A stretch of 63,174 bases of DNA, filler included, from Sphacelaria rigidula (GCA_964200075.2; 10 parts of 10 records of this genome joined end to end with filler, not necessarily neighbours in it); one strand, 5' to 3'. Numbered from the whole stretch's first letter, positions 13,057 through 27,300 are shown. Translations and numbers: made by a program. The notes: generated by a model not told the origin, from the sequence alone.

Positions 13057-14751
13057 CCCCCCTGCGCCCCCCGCCCGCGTCGCTTCGNNNNNNNNNNTTC
13101 CGTCTTTCCCGGGTGTCCCCTCTTGGTCTGTTTTCTATTTACCCCCCCCCCCCCCCCCACTCCCAGCTTGCCCGGAATCATGACCATGTATCACAGTCGT
13201 ACATGCTGAAAGCTTTCATTTACTCAATCGGGATTTTTTCTCTGGACGATTTGTCACTTTCGCTCGAAAGTGTGAGAGTGGGTAGAAATTAGAAAAATAA
13301 GCAGATCGAGCACAGGACACATTTCCCAATTTTATTCTCGGCTGTAGCAAAATGAGTATCGAGAAAATGAATAAACTGGACCATAAAATTACTATTGTAA
13401 CGATGGATCGATTCGATCCAGCGGAAATCTCGAATAGCGCAATGGTTGGACGTATCATGATTCTTCTGGAAATTTATTGTTTTTAGTGTAATTGATTTTT
13501 ATGGTCCGTATTAATCATCGAGCTCGATGTCAGCGTTGTCCCTTCGGGACGCGCCCCCCAGGCATGTAGAATAGCGCAATAATTGCGTAGAGCTTATTCA
13601 GCCGCGATCAACATTTTTCTTTTCCGAGCAAGCAGACCTCACAAAGTATAGATTTGGTTATTCGAACTAGCGATGATTTGTCCGACTCTTGGAAAAGCGA
13701 GAACCGGCGGCTTTATTTACATTCGGAGAAACTCCAACGACCAGTGAGCTCTCAACTATTTAGAAAATCGGCGGTGTTTTTATTTCATTTTTTCCTCTCG
13801 AAATATGTTTGAGTGAGGTACTCATGTCTTTTGATTCTCAACGTTTTGGGATCAAACAGAATCCGTGATAATGCGCAGTGAGCAAAAGTCCCAAACTATG
13901 TGCTTTCAACCGAAAACAGAAGGGTTTCAATTTGAAGTACATGGTTGTCGACTCTCGAAGCGTCAATTCAGTGCCGAGTTAAACTCATGGTCATCCATGA
14001 TGGTGAATGCTAGTAATCTTCTTGAGCGTCATACCTCATTTCGGAACAACAGCAGAGGCTGACGTAATGGCAACATGCCGTGTATCCCCGTGTCCCTCAA
14101 CCTTCGACCTACAGTGAATGAGCTATTTCGCCAAGAGGTAGTTTTTTTCCCACATGTTTCTCGTTATGCATCCTGAGCCCATCTGATGAGGTTCGTCGCA
14201 GCGAGGTTTCAGCTTCAGATTGCAAGGGTGCGGACATTCGCTTTTCTCAAGACACTGCTATTCTCAATCAAGTCTACGCTGTAACTCTACTTGCCACACC
14301 TTCATGGAAGGGCGTGACAAGCAGTGGCAACTTATCGCGTTGTACTGGTGATAATTTTGAGTATTGTTCGCATTCAGTAAGTACGTCGCATCGAGTATTA
14401 TCTGATGGATTTCGGGCGACAGTTTTTTTTTTTTTCCTTCTAGTTTTGGTTTTTGAACATCCAACAGTCAACCCTGTTTTGCTCACTTGATATGATCGAT
14501 TGATTGTCGCACTTTATCTGACCACCCATCGGCCCGGCCGTGGTGGCATGAAAGACGTACCCAAGAAAAGAAAGAACTCGGACGTGAATATATATATATA
14601 TATATACGGATGAATGTTATGTGGCTCGTGGGGCGCAATGGGTTGACCAGGAGAAGCTATGCTATGTTGCTTCTGCCGTCGTACGTCATCGTACCTGCCT
14701 GACCCTCCCGTCGCCTCCCGCCCGCAAAAAAATGTTCGCCCCTTCGTGCAG

Positions 14752-14888
14752 GCGGCTCCGTCACGCCTGAAACAGTAGACGAGCTCATGGCTTGCCCCGA
14801 TATCGACGGGGCGCTCGTCGGGGGTGCCTCGCTCGTTGCGGAGAAATTCGCGCGCATCGTGGGTTTCAAGGCAGCTGTGAGCGCCTAA
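14752..14888 (+). CDS. TPI: Triosephosphate isomerase, terminal exon ([45 protein letters not shown])
   Basis: CAG acceptor at 14749-14751, TIM motifs (Y)GGSV and [13 protein letters not shown] stop at 14886-14888. Upstream exons are not recognisable on this contig. Confidence 0.93.
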
Positions 14889-16868
14889 TCAAGAAGAACT
14901 CGTGGTTTTTTTCTTTTTATCGTGTGCCCCCGCGCACAAGGCAGGGGGGGCAGGTAGGTTTCAAGAAAATGGTGATACGAGGCAGGGTTTCAGTTAATTG
15001 ATGTCTCGAGGGAAGGGGGCTGATGAAAGTCGCCCCCGCGCGTGCGCGTCCCCTCGGGCACGACGAGCCGATAGGTGTCGCACATATGCTAACGTATTCC
15101 CCGACTCCGTCTGCGGATGTGTTGGCATATCCACGTGTTGCAAATAGATATAGTGTGTCTGTGCCGGCCGACGGGTGCATGACGTACCTAGGCATGGGGC
15201 GATTCTCGGTGCAGCAAGGGAGCGTGCGGAAGTGAGGAAAGGCGGGGCGGGAGCGGAGGGGGGGGGGGGGGGGGGGGGGGGGAGGAGGGGGGGGGGGTGA
15301 AGGGGGGGGGGGGGGGGTTGAATGAGGCGGAGGGTAGTTCATATGGGTAGGAAAGGCGGCAGATAGTTCGGGGTCGTGAAGCTCGAGGGCGCTGGAAGGG
15401 AAGGCTGACGCGCGAGAAGTGAGCAGTTTTCTACTGTTGACTGATTTTTATTTTTATAGCTTCCACAAATGATACAGTTAATAGAACGACCCACTTTCAA
15501 CTGTTCAACACAGTGCAGTGCAGTGCAATGCAGTTGTGTTACACAAGGGTTTGCGTGATTCGGGTGTGCTGGTGGGGGTTCAATCATGTGTCCGTTTCCA
15601 TGGGCACTTCCAGATGCATCGAGATGACGACCATAATGGACGCCCACGATAGTTCACTATTAATAGTTACCACCCTCGTCCATGGTAATCCCAGGAGCTG
15701 GCGAAACTGCTGGTGATTATCCATGGTTACCTGTGGGTTGTGACGATAGGGGCGATCTTCGTAAGTATAAGGAGTTCTCGGATGCGAGGTTGGCGTGGCC
15801 CCAATTTTGTCTGGGCTTTTCGCAGACTTGCTGTAGAGCTTTGCTGGTCTTTCCATGCGTCTGCCATGAGGGTCTACCTGTTGAGTGCACTACGTCGCTG
15901 CGCACTCGACCTGAGTCGGTCATTTCAGTTCCGTAATTGCCAAGATGGAGGTAACGGCGATGCTCTTTTCTGTGGTCAACAGCGTGAAGTAGTACGGACT
16001 GTCCTCGTCATGGGCATTTTAAAGCGATGCATTTGCCACCGCTGTGCTTTGACTGGTACCGCCCTGAAGCTGTTGCGTGCGAATGAGAGGATTGTTCGAA
16101 TCCCCGCAAATACGTCTTGAGTCTTGGGGAGTATCTGATTCATGTCGCTGAAAACCTGAGAACGTGAGTAAGAGCGAGAAGGAAAAATGGCTCAAGTCGA
16201 CTCCGTGTGTGGAACTCGCGGAAATCGCGGGGAGGTTTTGTTGTTCTCTGAGAAGCCCTCTTGTTGGGCTTCCCAACGTCGGAGATATAATTGGACTGTT
16301 GGATAACATACCACACAGCTCTTCGTGTATTCAGTAGTGACTTCGACGGGGCATCCATATCGTCGTCGAAGTTCCACGGCATTTTTCGCAACACGTGAAA
16401 ACGACACCACTACAAGAAACCAATCATATACAACCTTGTGAACTGCCGCAATAGTTGTGTGTCCCAGTTTTTTCTATCGCTCCATCCACAGCGAAGGGAT
16501 ACCTCTCGAGAGGAGATCTCCAGGTAGCTTGAGCACAAATAATTTGACGCTGATATTATTGTTGATGCCGAAAAAAATTGCATCATCGCCGTGGAAGATC
16601 GCAGCCCATCAGCACTAGCGTTTTTGAAGCGTTCCTGAACCCTTCGACCGCGAGGGTAGGTCACCTGCGGAATCGGCATCAACATTCACTTGAAAAAAGT
16701 ATGCATGATCCAGGTAGACTTTCCGCACCGCAGTCCAACATCAAAGTTGAACACGCAATATATATATATATATATATATATATTACAGATTACAAATTAC
16801 AACCTAGCACGACACACGCGGCCATTTGGCTACCTCCAAACTTCCTCAAGGTGGGTACCCTTTTCGAG

Positions 16869-17072
16869 CCTCCAGAGGAATTAAACGCCTCCGGAGGGGT
16901 GCGCGGCCCTCCAGAGGATATTTTTCGGTTTCCTCCAGAGGGATTGAATGCCTCCGGAGGCTTATTCTTGCCTACGAAGGGCCGCGCACCCCTCCGGAGG
17001 AATTTGGGTATGCGCGGCCTTCCGGGTCGGTAGAGTTTGGTTTCCTCCAGAGAGATGGAGGGCCTCAGGAGG
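16869..17072. repeat. Array of near-palindromic CCTCCRGAGG decamers at ~20-bp spacing
   Basis: Copies start at 16869, 16888, 16908, 16932, 16951, 16971 (variant), 16991, 17044 (variant) and 17063 (variant). Confidence 0.8.
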
Positions 17073-18984
17073 CTTGTTTTCCCCCTTGAGGCATTTTGGG
17101 GTGTAGCCGAATGGTCGCGTGTGGAACGCTTTGATCCAGGCCCATCTTACGCAACTCTACCCTCACGACTTGCTGAGCATCCCCTCAAGTATTTGCCAAC
17201 GGCTCCTAGGTACTTTCATCGAGATTGAGTTCGACCCGTTTTACGTTGAATAACGTTTTCGTGAGATAGAGCGTGACAAGCGATCAATTCGTGAATGAAT
17301 CGTATCAGTTCCGAAATGCCCCTCCCACGAGGCCCAATATGCTTTCTGTCATAGCTGGCTACTGAGGCTCTTGTTATCCCTCAGTAGGATATCGACGCGT
17401 AGCTGTAAGCACCCACAAGTGATGGAGGCAAGAAAAGAACACGCGGAATATTAATATGGCTGAGTTGAAGCGAACGATCAAAACCACTCTCAATCAGCGC
17501 TCTACTCTCAATCTCACGAAAACCTTGTTGTTGACGCTTATACCATCTCTAACAGAATCAACGCCGGCGCCCACAACATCAGCAGAGGATTTCACTTACC
17601 TGATCTTGGGGGCTGAATTTTTGACACGAGACTTTTCGTACGTCATCATGATCAAATATCATCAACGCGCGGAAAGTGGCGGGAGAAAGTAGCTAAGAAA
17701 AAAATATGAAGACAAACGTAAGGTCAGAACGAATTGAAAATTGTGATGAAACAAGGAAGAAAATGTCACATAAACTTGATGAAGGAAGAACAAAATGGAT
17801 TCTTACACGCGAAGAGCTGTCGACTTGCGCGTAACAGACCCTGCTAATATCTCGGCTCAAAGCTCCTGAAATTGGGATGGACATGGCACCTGTTCTGTGA
17901 CACCACTGCCCCGGGTTGTTTAACTGGTACACGAGTCTTCAGTCAAGGCGGAGCGCTGCTAGGGTCAAAGCTCATAACAGTAGCGCGGCGCGTGCACTGC
18001 GTCAAATTGACAGGGGCTTCAGTGGGTTCAACCCCCATATTTCCTTGAGTACAACTTTCCGAACACTCGAGGCGCCTACCCCACATGACTGCCGCGAGGC
18101 GGTCTAGCCGAGCCTCCTGGAAATCGCACACAAACCCGCTCGCGGGGGAGTGCTGGGGTGTGAGATTTCCTCCTTCCTTGAAATACAAAAAAAAGGTGAA
18201 TCATAACGAGTCCGAGTGCCGACAAAAAGGTTTCATTTTTTTTCAACACAGTTTGGTTGTCGTTGAGGTCATTTTCTACGCAGTTTGCTCATTTTTTCAG
18301 CAACAGAGCATGACTCTCAGCAGGTTGGTATGCAAGTTTCGCTGCGATACACTTACAAGATCGGGTTCATTCGGAAAATTGAAATCTATGTACATGTATC
18401 ATTTATTTCACATTATTCACCACTCTTGCCGAGTTTTCTCTGGCGACAAGGCGTTTTGGCCCGCGCTTTCTTCTGCGGTGCACTAAGAAGGCTCAGCGGT
18501 ACAATACCGTTCAGGTTTGGGTGTCATCTGATACCTTTGGCGCGTGTTCTGGCCACCGAAAGTCGCTCAAACTGGCCCTTTCTCGCGGGGTGTCGATCCC
18601 GAACCACAAAAGCCTCTCTTCAAGATCATCACGTGAAAAAACTTGAAACATGATTACTTTTGGCCGGGTATTTCCTCCCCGTGTTTGTCTTTGTCGCGTT
18701 CTCGTTCATTTGAGAGTTCGAACACACCGGTTATGCCGCCAATGTCACGAGAACATGAGAGCAAGTCAGTTGAAAACAAATGAACATTGCCCTGACCTTC
18801 GTCAAACAGCCGATCATCGGATCGCCGAAATTCCCCGAAATTGGATTTTCCCGTAGGACCCCAACATTTCGGTTATTGACATCCNNNNNNNNNNNNNNNN
18901 NNNNNNNNNNNNNNNNNNNNNNNNNNNNTTAATTAATTAANNNNNNNNNNNNNNNNNNNNNNNNNNNNNNNNNNNNNNNNNNNN

Positions 18985-19214
18985 CAAAAGTCAACGCAAC
19001 GGTCGACCAGGGAAAAAGACTGCTGAACCCCTCTCGCGATAAAAAATGAAGGCAAGCACCGCAGAAGGAAGGTGGGATACTAAAAACAAATGAAAAATAA
19101 AAGGCTCCTGTGTTGACCTTTTTCCTGTGTGACCCCACCTGGTGCGCCCACATATACCGCAAGGTGTAGACCGGCGTCCAGAATAGATGGGACGACAACA
19201 CACACAACACACAC
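18985..19214 (+). mobile_element. 3' part of a tRNA-derived SINE with CA-rich tail, truncated by contig start
   Basis: Matches the reverse complement of 7415-7640 (GCAGAAGGAAGGTGG, CCTGTGTGACCCC, GATGGGACGACAACACACAC). Confidence 0.7.
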
Positions 19215-20794
19215 TGGTACCAATTGTATTGTCCAGAGTATAAACAACACCACCCGTGACTGGAAGGGTACTAAAAGGCGCATACCGACCTATGTGCTCT
19301 GTCGTCGTCGGTATCAAAACACATATATACCGAGTCGTCTCTTCTGTCGCCATATTATCCGACCAATTTATACTCAAACTCATTCGAAACCTTTACGTGG
19401 CCATTCACGCGGACCTCTGCGGCTTTCTTCAAAGCTTTTCCCAATCTACATGGGCTCCGGCGCACATCGCGTCTGGGTTACTTTGAAGCGTACGCCATAC
19501 TTGTATATCATGGCCTTCGAGGTTGGCGCGACCTTGCGGAGCTGATGTCTCTGCGGGACCGCGAAGTCGGTGATTGCCGTCTTGGCCTCCGGTACACGGG
19601 CTGTTGCTGCAACCGGTTGGCGCGGCAAGACGACACAGTCACCGACCCTAGCAAGATGCCACAACTGCCCCTATCGTCTGACCTTGTCGAACCACCATCC
19701 TCGCCACCAGCGGTCGGCCGACCAGCTTAACTCAGAAATGCGCCCATTGTCTACTGTTTTTGACTATATTTTCCCGATGCAAACAGTTGCCTTGCTTTTT
19801 CGGTATGCGGTGAAGGCGGGGGGTCGGCGGGGGTCTGTAGGTGTGTGAGAGCTACAGACACACGTTTTCTCGTGGACAGCTGAGAGCCACAGATGCATGT
19901 TTTTCCGTGCGAAGCTGGTAGATGTTTACTATTTTAGCAGCTGACAGAATGAAACATACCCTGACAGCTGACAATATAGTGCGCTGGAATATTTACTCGA
20001 CATCGATGCGCACACCCAACGTACACTGGGTGAGTGATACATTGTCACCCACCATACCCCGATTAATACACTGATACACCGGTCGGACACTATGTTCGCA
20101 TCCATACGGCCGCAATGCATATTGACCGGCTAATATGTTGGCACCCACTCGGCCCCAATCTATATTGGCCGCTCAATATGTTCTCCGTTATGCGACCCCA
20201 ATATATAGTGGTCATACAATATGTCTTCACCGACATGGCCCCGAAATGTACTGACAGGACGATATTTGTGCAATCCCATGGTACCAAAAATGTGTTTGCG
20301 TCCGTCCGGACGGGTACCGATATTTATATATATATATATATATACTACGCCCGCAATATATCGCAATATTTTAATATGGTCGAGTAGTATATATTGATGG
20401 AAACATATTATTTTTGTCCGGGGTGTAAAAAACTCCAGAGCCATGAAGTTCTACTCTTGAGTACGCTTACAGGAGAAACTGGGGCAGGGTTCCCCGCCTT
20501 TTCACCTCTTCCGTCGTCAGGTCAAGTACAACAGAGATTGTAATGCTATCCGGGGAGAGCAAGGGGAAACGCCTGTCCGTTATCCTGCCTGTGGTGGCGC
20601 AATAAATGGACGTGCGATGGCTCAATGTGTTCGCGTTGTGCATTAGTTTCGTCATGAGCGAGTATCAATCGCTAACGCCTCCGAGGTCACGCGTGGAAAT
20701 TTGCTATTCAAGAAGAGCATAGTGTGGGAAATTACGTCGATATCATATCTACACAACGCCCACGAATAATCGGGGCGCGGGGGGGGGGCGGGTT

Positions 20795-21335
20795 TACTCA
20801 TGATCTTGCATGCCATAGCCATATGACCATGGACCTCGCATCTCTACAAAGCCGGGACGGAGCACGCCAGATTTTCGCCGAGCCAGGCTCGTACTCAATC
20901 ACCAAGCGCGAAGCGCCGTGATGTGTTCGGTGAGTCGTATAAAGGGTGAGCTGCATCCTGCTAAGATTGTTCGACCCGTAGCGCACTGATTATCATGCAT
21001 TTGGATGACAACCTACAAGGAGTTGCTTCATTTTCTGGTATCGCCACTTGGAGAGACAGCCACGGCTCATGGGTGTCTCACCATTTAAACTTCACGTAGT
21101 ATGACTGTCCCCTTTGTACGGAATCAAGGTTCTCCCACGCCGCACAATATGACCTAGCTCGACCGCTACCATGGTTACCGCAAAAAAACACAAGCGCGCG
21201 AAAGAAATCGGTAACCTGGTTACTTAGCTTGAACAGTGAGTGGCGTCTTTTGCAGCGCCATTACCAACCGACGCCAACGCCATAGGGGATCCGTCCCTAC
21301 AAAGCTGGGACGGAGCACGCCGAGTTTCGCCGGGT
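20795..21335 (+). repeat. ~540-bp unclassified interspersed repeat with an internal ~37-bp direct repeat; further copies at 5971-6228(-), 6329-6395(-), 25313-25385(+), 27005-27300(+)
   Basis: CTACAAAGC(C/T)GGGACGGAGCACGCC occurs at 20844 and 21297. 20798-21085 aligns with 27008-27300. Confidence 0.85.
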
Positions 21336-22061
21336 GTGTATGTGTGTGTGTGTGGGGGGGGGGAGGGGGGATCTGGCTGTTGTCCTCGTGGGAAGACACC
21401 AAACAACCCCTCTGAGCAAAAGACACAAGCGATACTTCGAAGAGAGATGGCACATTGAAAGCGCGAAAAAATCACGGAAAAATAACCTGTGCTGTTCAAC
21501 AGACAATTCAAGATATTGTTGCTGAAGGATGTTTCTTCTCTTTGATAACAATACAAGTGGACAACCCAACAGTACCCATGGTGCTGGCGACGAGCTTGCA
21601 CGCACATATACAATATCAACGACAACGACAACGGCAACGACGACAACGACGACGACATCGACGATGGCGCTACCTGGGAACACTCTTACCCTCACCGTGC
21701 ACTCTTCGTTGACAAAGGCAAGGCCTGGTCTCGGACTGTCCCAAGACTCTGGAAGGGGTCTGATAGTGACAGCATGTGTAGACCGGAGGTGAGGGGTGGC
21801 GCAAAAAGGGGAAAAAGGCAAGAGTTATATCGATTTAGAAATGACCGACGGATTAACCCCACCAACGAATTTGAGATAGGAGTAGTTTCGACATCGAACG
21901 CTCGGCAGGTTGATCAACAATTGATGCTTGAAAAATAAGATGAATGGGGCACGGCTGTATGGTTGCATGACCCTGGTTCGAAACGAGTTCCGTGTGCCTC
22001 CGACTCACGCTACAGGGTAAAAATGAGATCCACCTTACGAGTATGACTCAGGGAATAAGAC

Positions 22062-22199
22062 CACACTCTGGACAATAGATTCTATTGTGAAAAAATATAC
22101 TGCGCACAGTATGGCATCCATTGTCTGCTGCAATAAGCGCAATAGTCAATACTGTACACAATACACTTTTTGACAGAGTATTTTTTTGTCCAGGGTGTG
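22062..22199. mobile_element. 138-bp hAT-type MITE (CACACCCTGGACAA TIR) with perfect 8-bp TSD
   Basis: Ends CACACTCTGGACAA...TTGTCCAGGGTGTG. AATAAGAC at 22054-22061 and 22200-22207. Confidence 0.9.
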
Positions 22200-22344
22200 A
22201 ATAAGACGCCTCGTCCACGCAGCGTTATCTTGAATATTGTTTTGAACAGGTATACTATCCCCGTCCGGCAATTGTGGATATAACTGAGAAGTGAGTCAAC
22301 GCTGCGAATATTTGACCCACGGAGATAATTCCGCGAACTGGTTG

Positions 22345-22425
22345 CTTCCTCACCGGGTTCTCGAACTGGTTCGCGAACTGATTCTCGAGCTGGTTCTCAA
22401 GCTGGCCCTCAAGCTGGTTCTCGCA
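22345..22425. repeat. 12-bp minisatellite (consensus ~CTGGTTCTCGAA)
   Basis: About six degenerate tandem units are directly visible. Confidence 0.7.
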
Positions 22426-25400
22426 TCGTTTGTTGGAAAGGTAGGAGTAGGTGTCACACACTGCGGCAACAACGCCGTTTCCTCGGTCATAGGGTGCATC
22501 CCAGTTGCAGGAGAATACTCGGACGTTCCGGGGCGACTGTCTGTCAACCGGAAACGGGTATAAAGCATAATCAAGATTGAACGGGTGTCACGGGTCATCA
22601 TTGGAGATACGGAAACAAACTTTTCATCGGTCGGTCACGATGTCGGGGCGACAGAGATTGTGGTGGCAATCAAGTAGTTGTGTTATGCCCGAACCTTTAC
22701 CGCGGTTGAATACACAGCACAGACTTTGATGAAAGACATGCACTTACCCACAAAACGCTATCCCACAAAACCCTAAAACAGTACTATTACCCCCCGCCGA
22801 ACAAGCACAGTGTTCGTGTAATAGATTCTGAGAAAAGATGGCTTTGACCTCCAGTCATATGCAAAACCCACGTACTTCGTCCGTGATGTCACTTGATCGC
22901 CAAAGGGGACAACTGCCTACTTCCCGCGGTCCATCGGCGGGGAGAATATCTCCTTCCGAATCGCTGACACAGTGCGGATCAACACTAACCAAAATACGGG
23001 ACTCTCTCCTTGCCTGAATAAGCTGCAGCTCGATATCTACATACGGCGAACCCGCATTACTGCTTCTGTGGTGCTTTGTCGCATCACGATTTGAAGTCTT
23101 TGAAGCACGTTTGGCAGCGGTGATTCCATTTTAGAAAGTTGGCCTGCAGTGAGACGTTTCTTGACTTGATACGTTGTGGTATTTGTCTAGCAGAACGACC
23201 ACGGGAGCAGTACCATTGACACGCGACGCAACATACACGTGCACGCCACGATACGGGTGCTTAAACCTTGTAGTCTTTTGACGTGGAGGAAATGGGCATA
23301 ATCTGTCACCCCTGACGCGAACGTATATACACACACATATCACTCGAAATTTGACATACTCAACGCACAACCACCGCGTGTAAGTTGGCTCCACATTCAG
23401 GACCACGTATCTCCTGCGACCACGCGTTGACGTGATAACAGAAATTCCGACTCAAGCCCGGAGTACGTTGTTCATGATACAACAATCAAGTGGGGAAGAA
23501 CGTACACGTTTCCACCTATTTAGTCTCAGAAGTTGGCATGCCTGTAATCAGCTCATTGAAAATGGGATTTTCCCAGCTTCACAGTAGTAGCTCTCAACAG
23601 ACTCATGTTCGCGACACAGTAGCTCGAGATCCGGGGTTATTTATGGACAAAACGCTGGAATCCGAACATCTTCTCAAGGAGACACCAGAAGCAAGCAGCA
23701 CGTCATTCACACCAGACTCAGAGGGTAGAGTCCGCCAACACTACAGTGCTACATACTCCAAAGAGAAGCAGCCCTTCGCACCACACGAAAACCACGTTGT
23801 GTTTGACACCAGGAATCTGCTCCAAGGACGGGCGCGCGGTGTTTTTTTCCAAGACTCGTGGACAAAACGCGTTTGCTCTTTCCAAGCCATCTTGCAGTGC
23901 GCAGGAGTAGCGATTGGTCATCGGACACAGCTCTACTTTTCGGCGATGCCCCGCACTCCCAAGACCTCAAAGTCGACGATCCAATGACTAAGCACGACAA
24001 GCATCAGCAGATTCCCTCTCCTCACCCAACCGATGGTGCTAGGAAGTGGAAAAGCTCCTGAGAAGGGGAAGGCTGGGTGTGATAGACAAGACGGACACAA
24101 CCAACATTGAGACACCCATGGCAGAATAGTAAGGGGTCATCGGCCATAGGAAATGGCTCTACTGAGACTGATGTTTTGATCCGTCGAGACATGGGCCAAC
24201 GCTCCAGTACCTAAGCCATGACAAACGTTACGAGCCACCCCCGCCCCTCTCCCCATGCTTCCCCCTCGCTCTCAACACCCTCTTCAAACCAGCTCTGTTG
24301 AAGTGCTGTGTGAGGATGCGTGCGTGTAGTACCCTGAAACAAGAACAAAACACGATATCTTCTGGGTTTCAGCGAATCTTCTTTCTAGTTCAATGGTTAA
24401 CCTATCCGAACAGGGCAAACGTAGCACGCGAAACCAACAAAAATGGCACTCGTCACACCAGCACTTCGACAAGGAGTCACGGACGACCGCCTTTCCAACT
24501 GTACTTTGTAGCTTCAACTTTCGGTTTCCGGCGACTTCGCAGCTACAAAAAGAATACGCGTAATATAGAATAACAAAAGGAGATAACACTCATCATATTT
24601 GTCAGAACAGTAAGAACAAAGAGTGCGGGAATCGGATACCTGTAGAAAACTGTTATGCAGAGCACGCGCTTGTGCTGCACACGCAACGTCACCGGCGTAG
24701 TTCACATTAGCCACGTATGTTGCCAAGTCGGGCGTATGAGCCCTGAACCTGGCTGAGGCCGGTAATTCCGATTTTATCATATGTCGCCTCGACGGGGTCC
24801 TAGGGGATTATTTACATGGAAATACACATCGCCTCCCGGCACTATTGCAGGCTTGTTATCATGCTTCGGAACACTTTAATGTTCAAGGAAGAATGTACCA
24901 GTAAATGTACACTGTTTATCATCCAACATGTGAGGGAAGTGTATACAACCAGATGGATGTACTCAAAATCTACAGCGAGTCGAAAACCTCTGTTATAGTA
25001 GGGCGAAAATCACAGCTGTCCAATAAATGACCACAAGCAAATACTTTGACGTATGTCCAACGTGCTGCATTTCCTTTCATAATACATACAAGAAGCCCTT
25101 CACTTCTAGGCGCACGTCGGCTGCTCAGGACTCCCCCCCCCCCCCGCCCTCCACACCACGGGCGGGCTCAATGCACTTTCCGTTACGAACTTCCCGCCAA
25201 TCCCCTCCAATANNNNNNNNNNNNNNNNNNNNNNNNNNNNNNNNNNNNNNNNNNNNTTAATTAATTAANNNNNNNNNNNNNNNNNNNNNNNNNNNNNNNN
25301 NNNNNNNNNNNNCGACGCCAACCCCATCGGGGGTCCGCCCCTACAAAGCCGGGACGGAGCACGCCGGGTTCTCGCCGGACCAGGAGGGGGGGGGCGGGAA

Positions 25401-27004
25401 GAGCAAATTTATGTACTGTACCAACAAGTAACTCGGACTGCACACCCCGGCGCTGCACTCGTCATCCGGCTAGGTGCGGTGGTCGTGTGTACCCCAGGTT
25501 TTAGGCGAACGACGCTGCCTCTAGCCTATACCAGGAGGCTCACCTCGCACACCCGCGTCAGAAGCTCAACTGGGTCATTCGCCTCGAACGGAGCTGTCTT
25601 CTGTGCCTGAGCCAGGCAGATGTTAAAACCAGATACAAAGGTATGCGCGACGAGCGTGGAGACGTCCAGTCAAGTTCTTCAGACAACGCTCCGCAGTGTA
25701 ACGAGTGTAAGTGGGTGGATTTGCAAACCCCGGTAGCCACGTAGTTCCATCCACTGACGGGGCGTCAGAGAGAGGGCAGGGTGGGGAGTTGTATGGCATG
25801 TTGCGGGACATCGACCAAACAGACGACCGCGTTGCAAATGTTTGCCGAAATTAGGGTATAACGGAAGTCGCCCCAGTGCTTACGGGCAGAAGATGGAGAG
25901 GGTCGCTGCAATCAAAGCAAATATCTAGGTTGTCCCCGCACTCTTGACCACATCATAAATGAGTGGAACAAGGATCAGGGCAATGGTAGTCGAGCCAATT
26001 TGACCCATTCCTCCCGACATTAGTAGCGACCAACAAGAACATGTAGGGATGTCCTTCGCTCCCCTAATCATGCGTGTTGAAGGCGCGGGAATGCAAAGGG
26101 CACAGCGGAAAGGACGTGCCGATGGGTATGTTGGTTTGGTTGAGTATCACACGATCACCGTACCGCGTCGAGAAGAGAGCTGGAGAATGAGCCCTGTGAC
26201 AGCACTGGCAGGACCGTCAACGAGCTAATCGTAGCGCAGAGAGACTCGAGCGCTTGCACCATAGCTCCAGGCTGCTGCGGATGCAGCTGCTGTTGCGTCG
26301 GTTGATGCTGATCCAGCTGCAGCTGCTGCTGCTGCACAGATTGAAGCTGGTTCTTCTTCCCTTTCTTACGCCGGCAGCGCTGAAGGGGATTACCATGCAG
26401 TTCACGGACAACCGGAAATATGGCGAGTATGTGACGGTGGCCTTGTAATGTCTCGAGTTTTCTTGCTGGCATATCACAACGTCTTCACTCGAGTCAGGGA
26501 GGACAGACTGACCCAACTCTACGACACAAGGCAACGCAACATAAGGACTGTTGAATCACCCACACGAAACAAACGTACAACGCACCGTATCGCGCATGCG
26601 CAGTAATGTATCACTCGACAAAATCTTACTACCTTCGTGCCGGGATTCTTGCGGGGGAAGAAGGTCAACCCCCGTGACCAACATTGCCTAGCTAAACTCA
26701 GATAACACCGACACCCACCGAGAGTTGAGACTAGCGTCTGATGTCTCACCTACTGAAGGTAAAAGTTCCCCACGACTACGCTCTACACCCGAACCTAACC
26801 CTGCCCTGCTTTACAAAATCTTATTGCCAGGTCATCATGCGCGAACCTTTTTCTTCGGCACTCCCCCGAACCTCCTGTTGATAACGTCACGGCGCCAGCG
26901 CCAGGAAATCCAGCTATCTATAGCCTTTTCGAGCGCTGTCCTCCTGACACGCTCAGCGTCGCGGTTACGCTCTGATAACAGTGGAACAAGAAAGCCATGG
27001 GAGT

Positions 27005-27300
27005 GTGCTCATGATCATGCATGCCATAGTCATCAGACCATTGACCGCGCATCCCTACAAAGCCGGGACGGAGCACGCCGAGTTTTCGCCGGACCAGCAA
27101 CCACCAAGCGCGAAGCGCCGTGATGTGTTCGGCGAGTCGCATGAAGGGTGAGCTGCATCCTGCTAAGATTGTTCGGCCCGAAGCCTAATGATTATCTTGC
27201 ATTTTAGATGACACCCTACAATGAAATACTTTATTTTCTGGTATCGCCACCTCTAGAGACAGATATGGCGTATACACTGCCTCATGGGTGTCTCACCATG
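27005..27300 (+). repeat. 5' part of the ~540-bp interspersed repeat
   Basis: High similarity to 20798-21085. Confidence 0.85.

Noticed and set aside
12990..13160. Poly-Pro/poly-Gly ORFs from C/G homopolymers (also ~47-71, ~15257-15317, ~31660-31737)
   Set aside because: These are low-complexity tracts, often near contig ends or N runs, with no coding evidence.
16570..16610. GDD polymerase-like motif (IFHGDDAIF) on the minus strand
   Set aside because: It is isolated and flanked by stops, with no other polymerase motifs.
22430..26520. Possible old LTR-retrotransposon fragments (22430-24120 and 25500-26520)
   Set aside because: Only vague motif resemblance, too degenerate to support a call.
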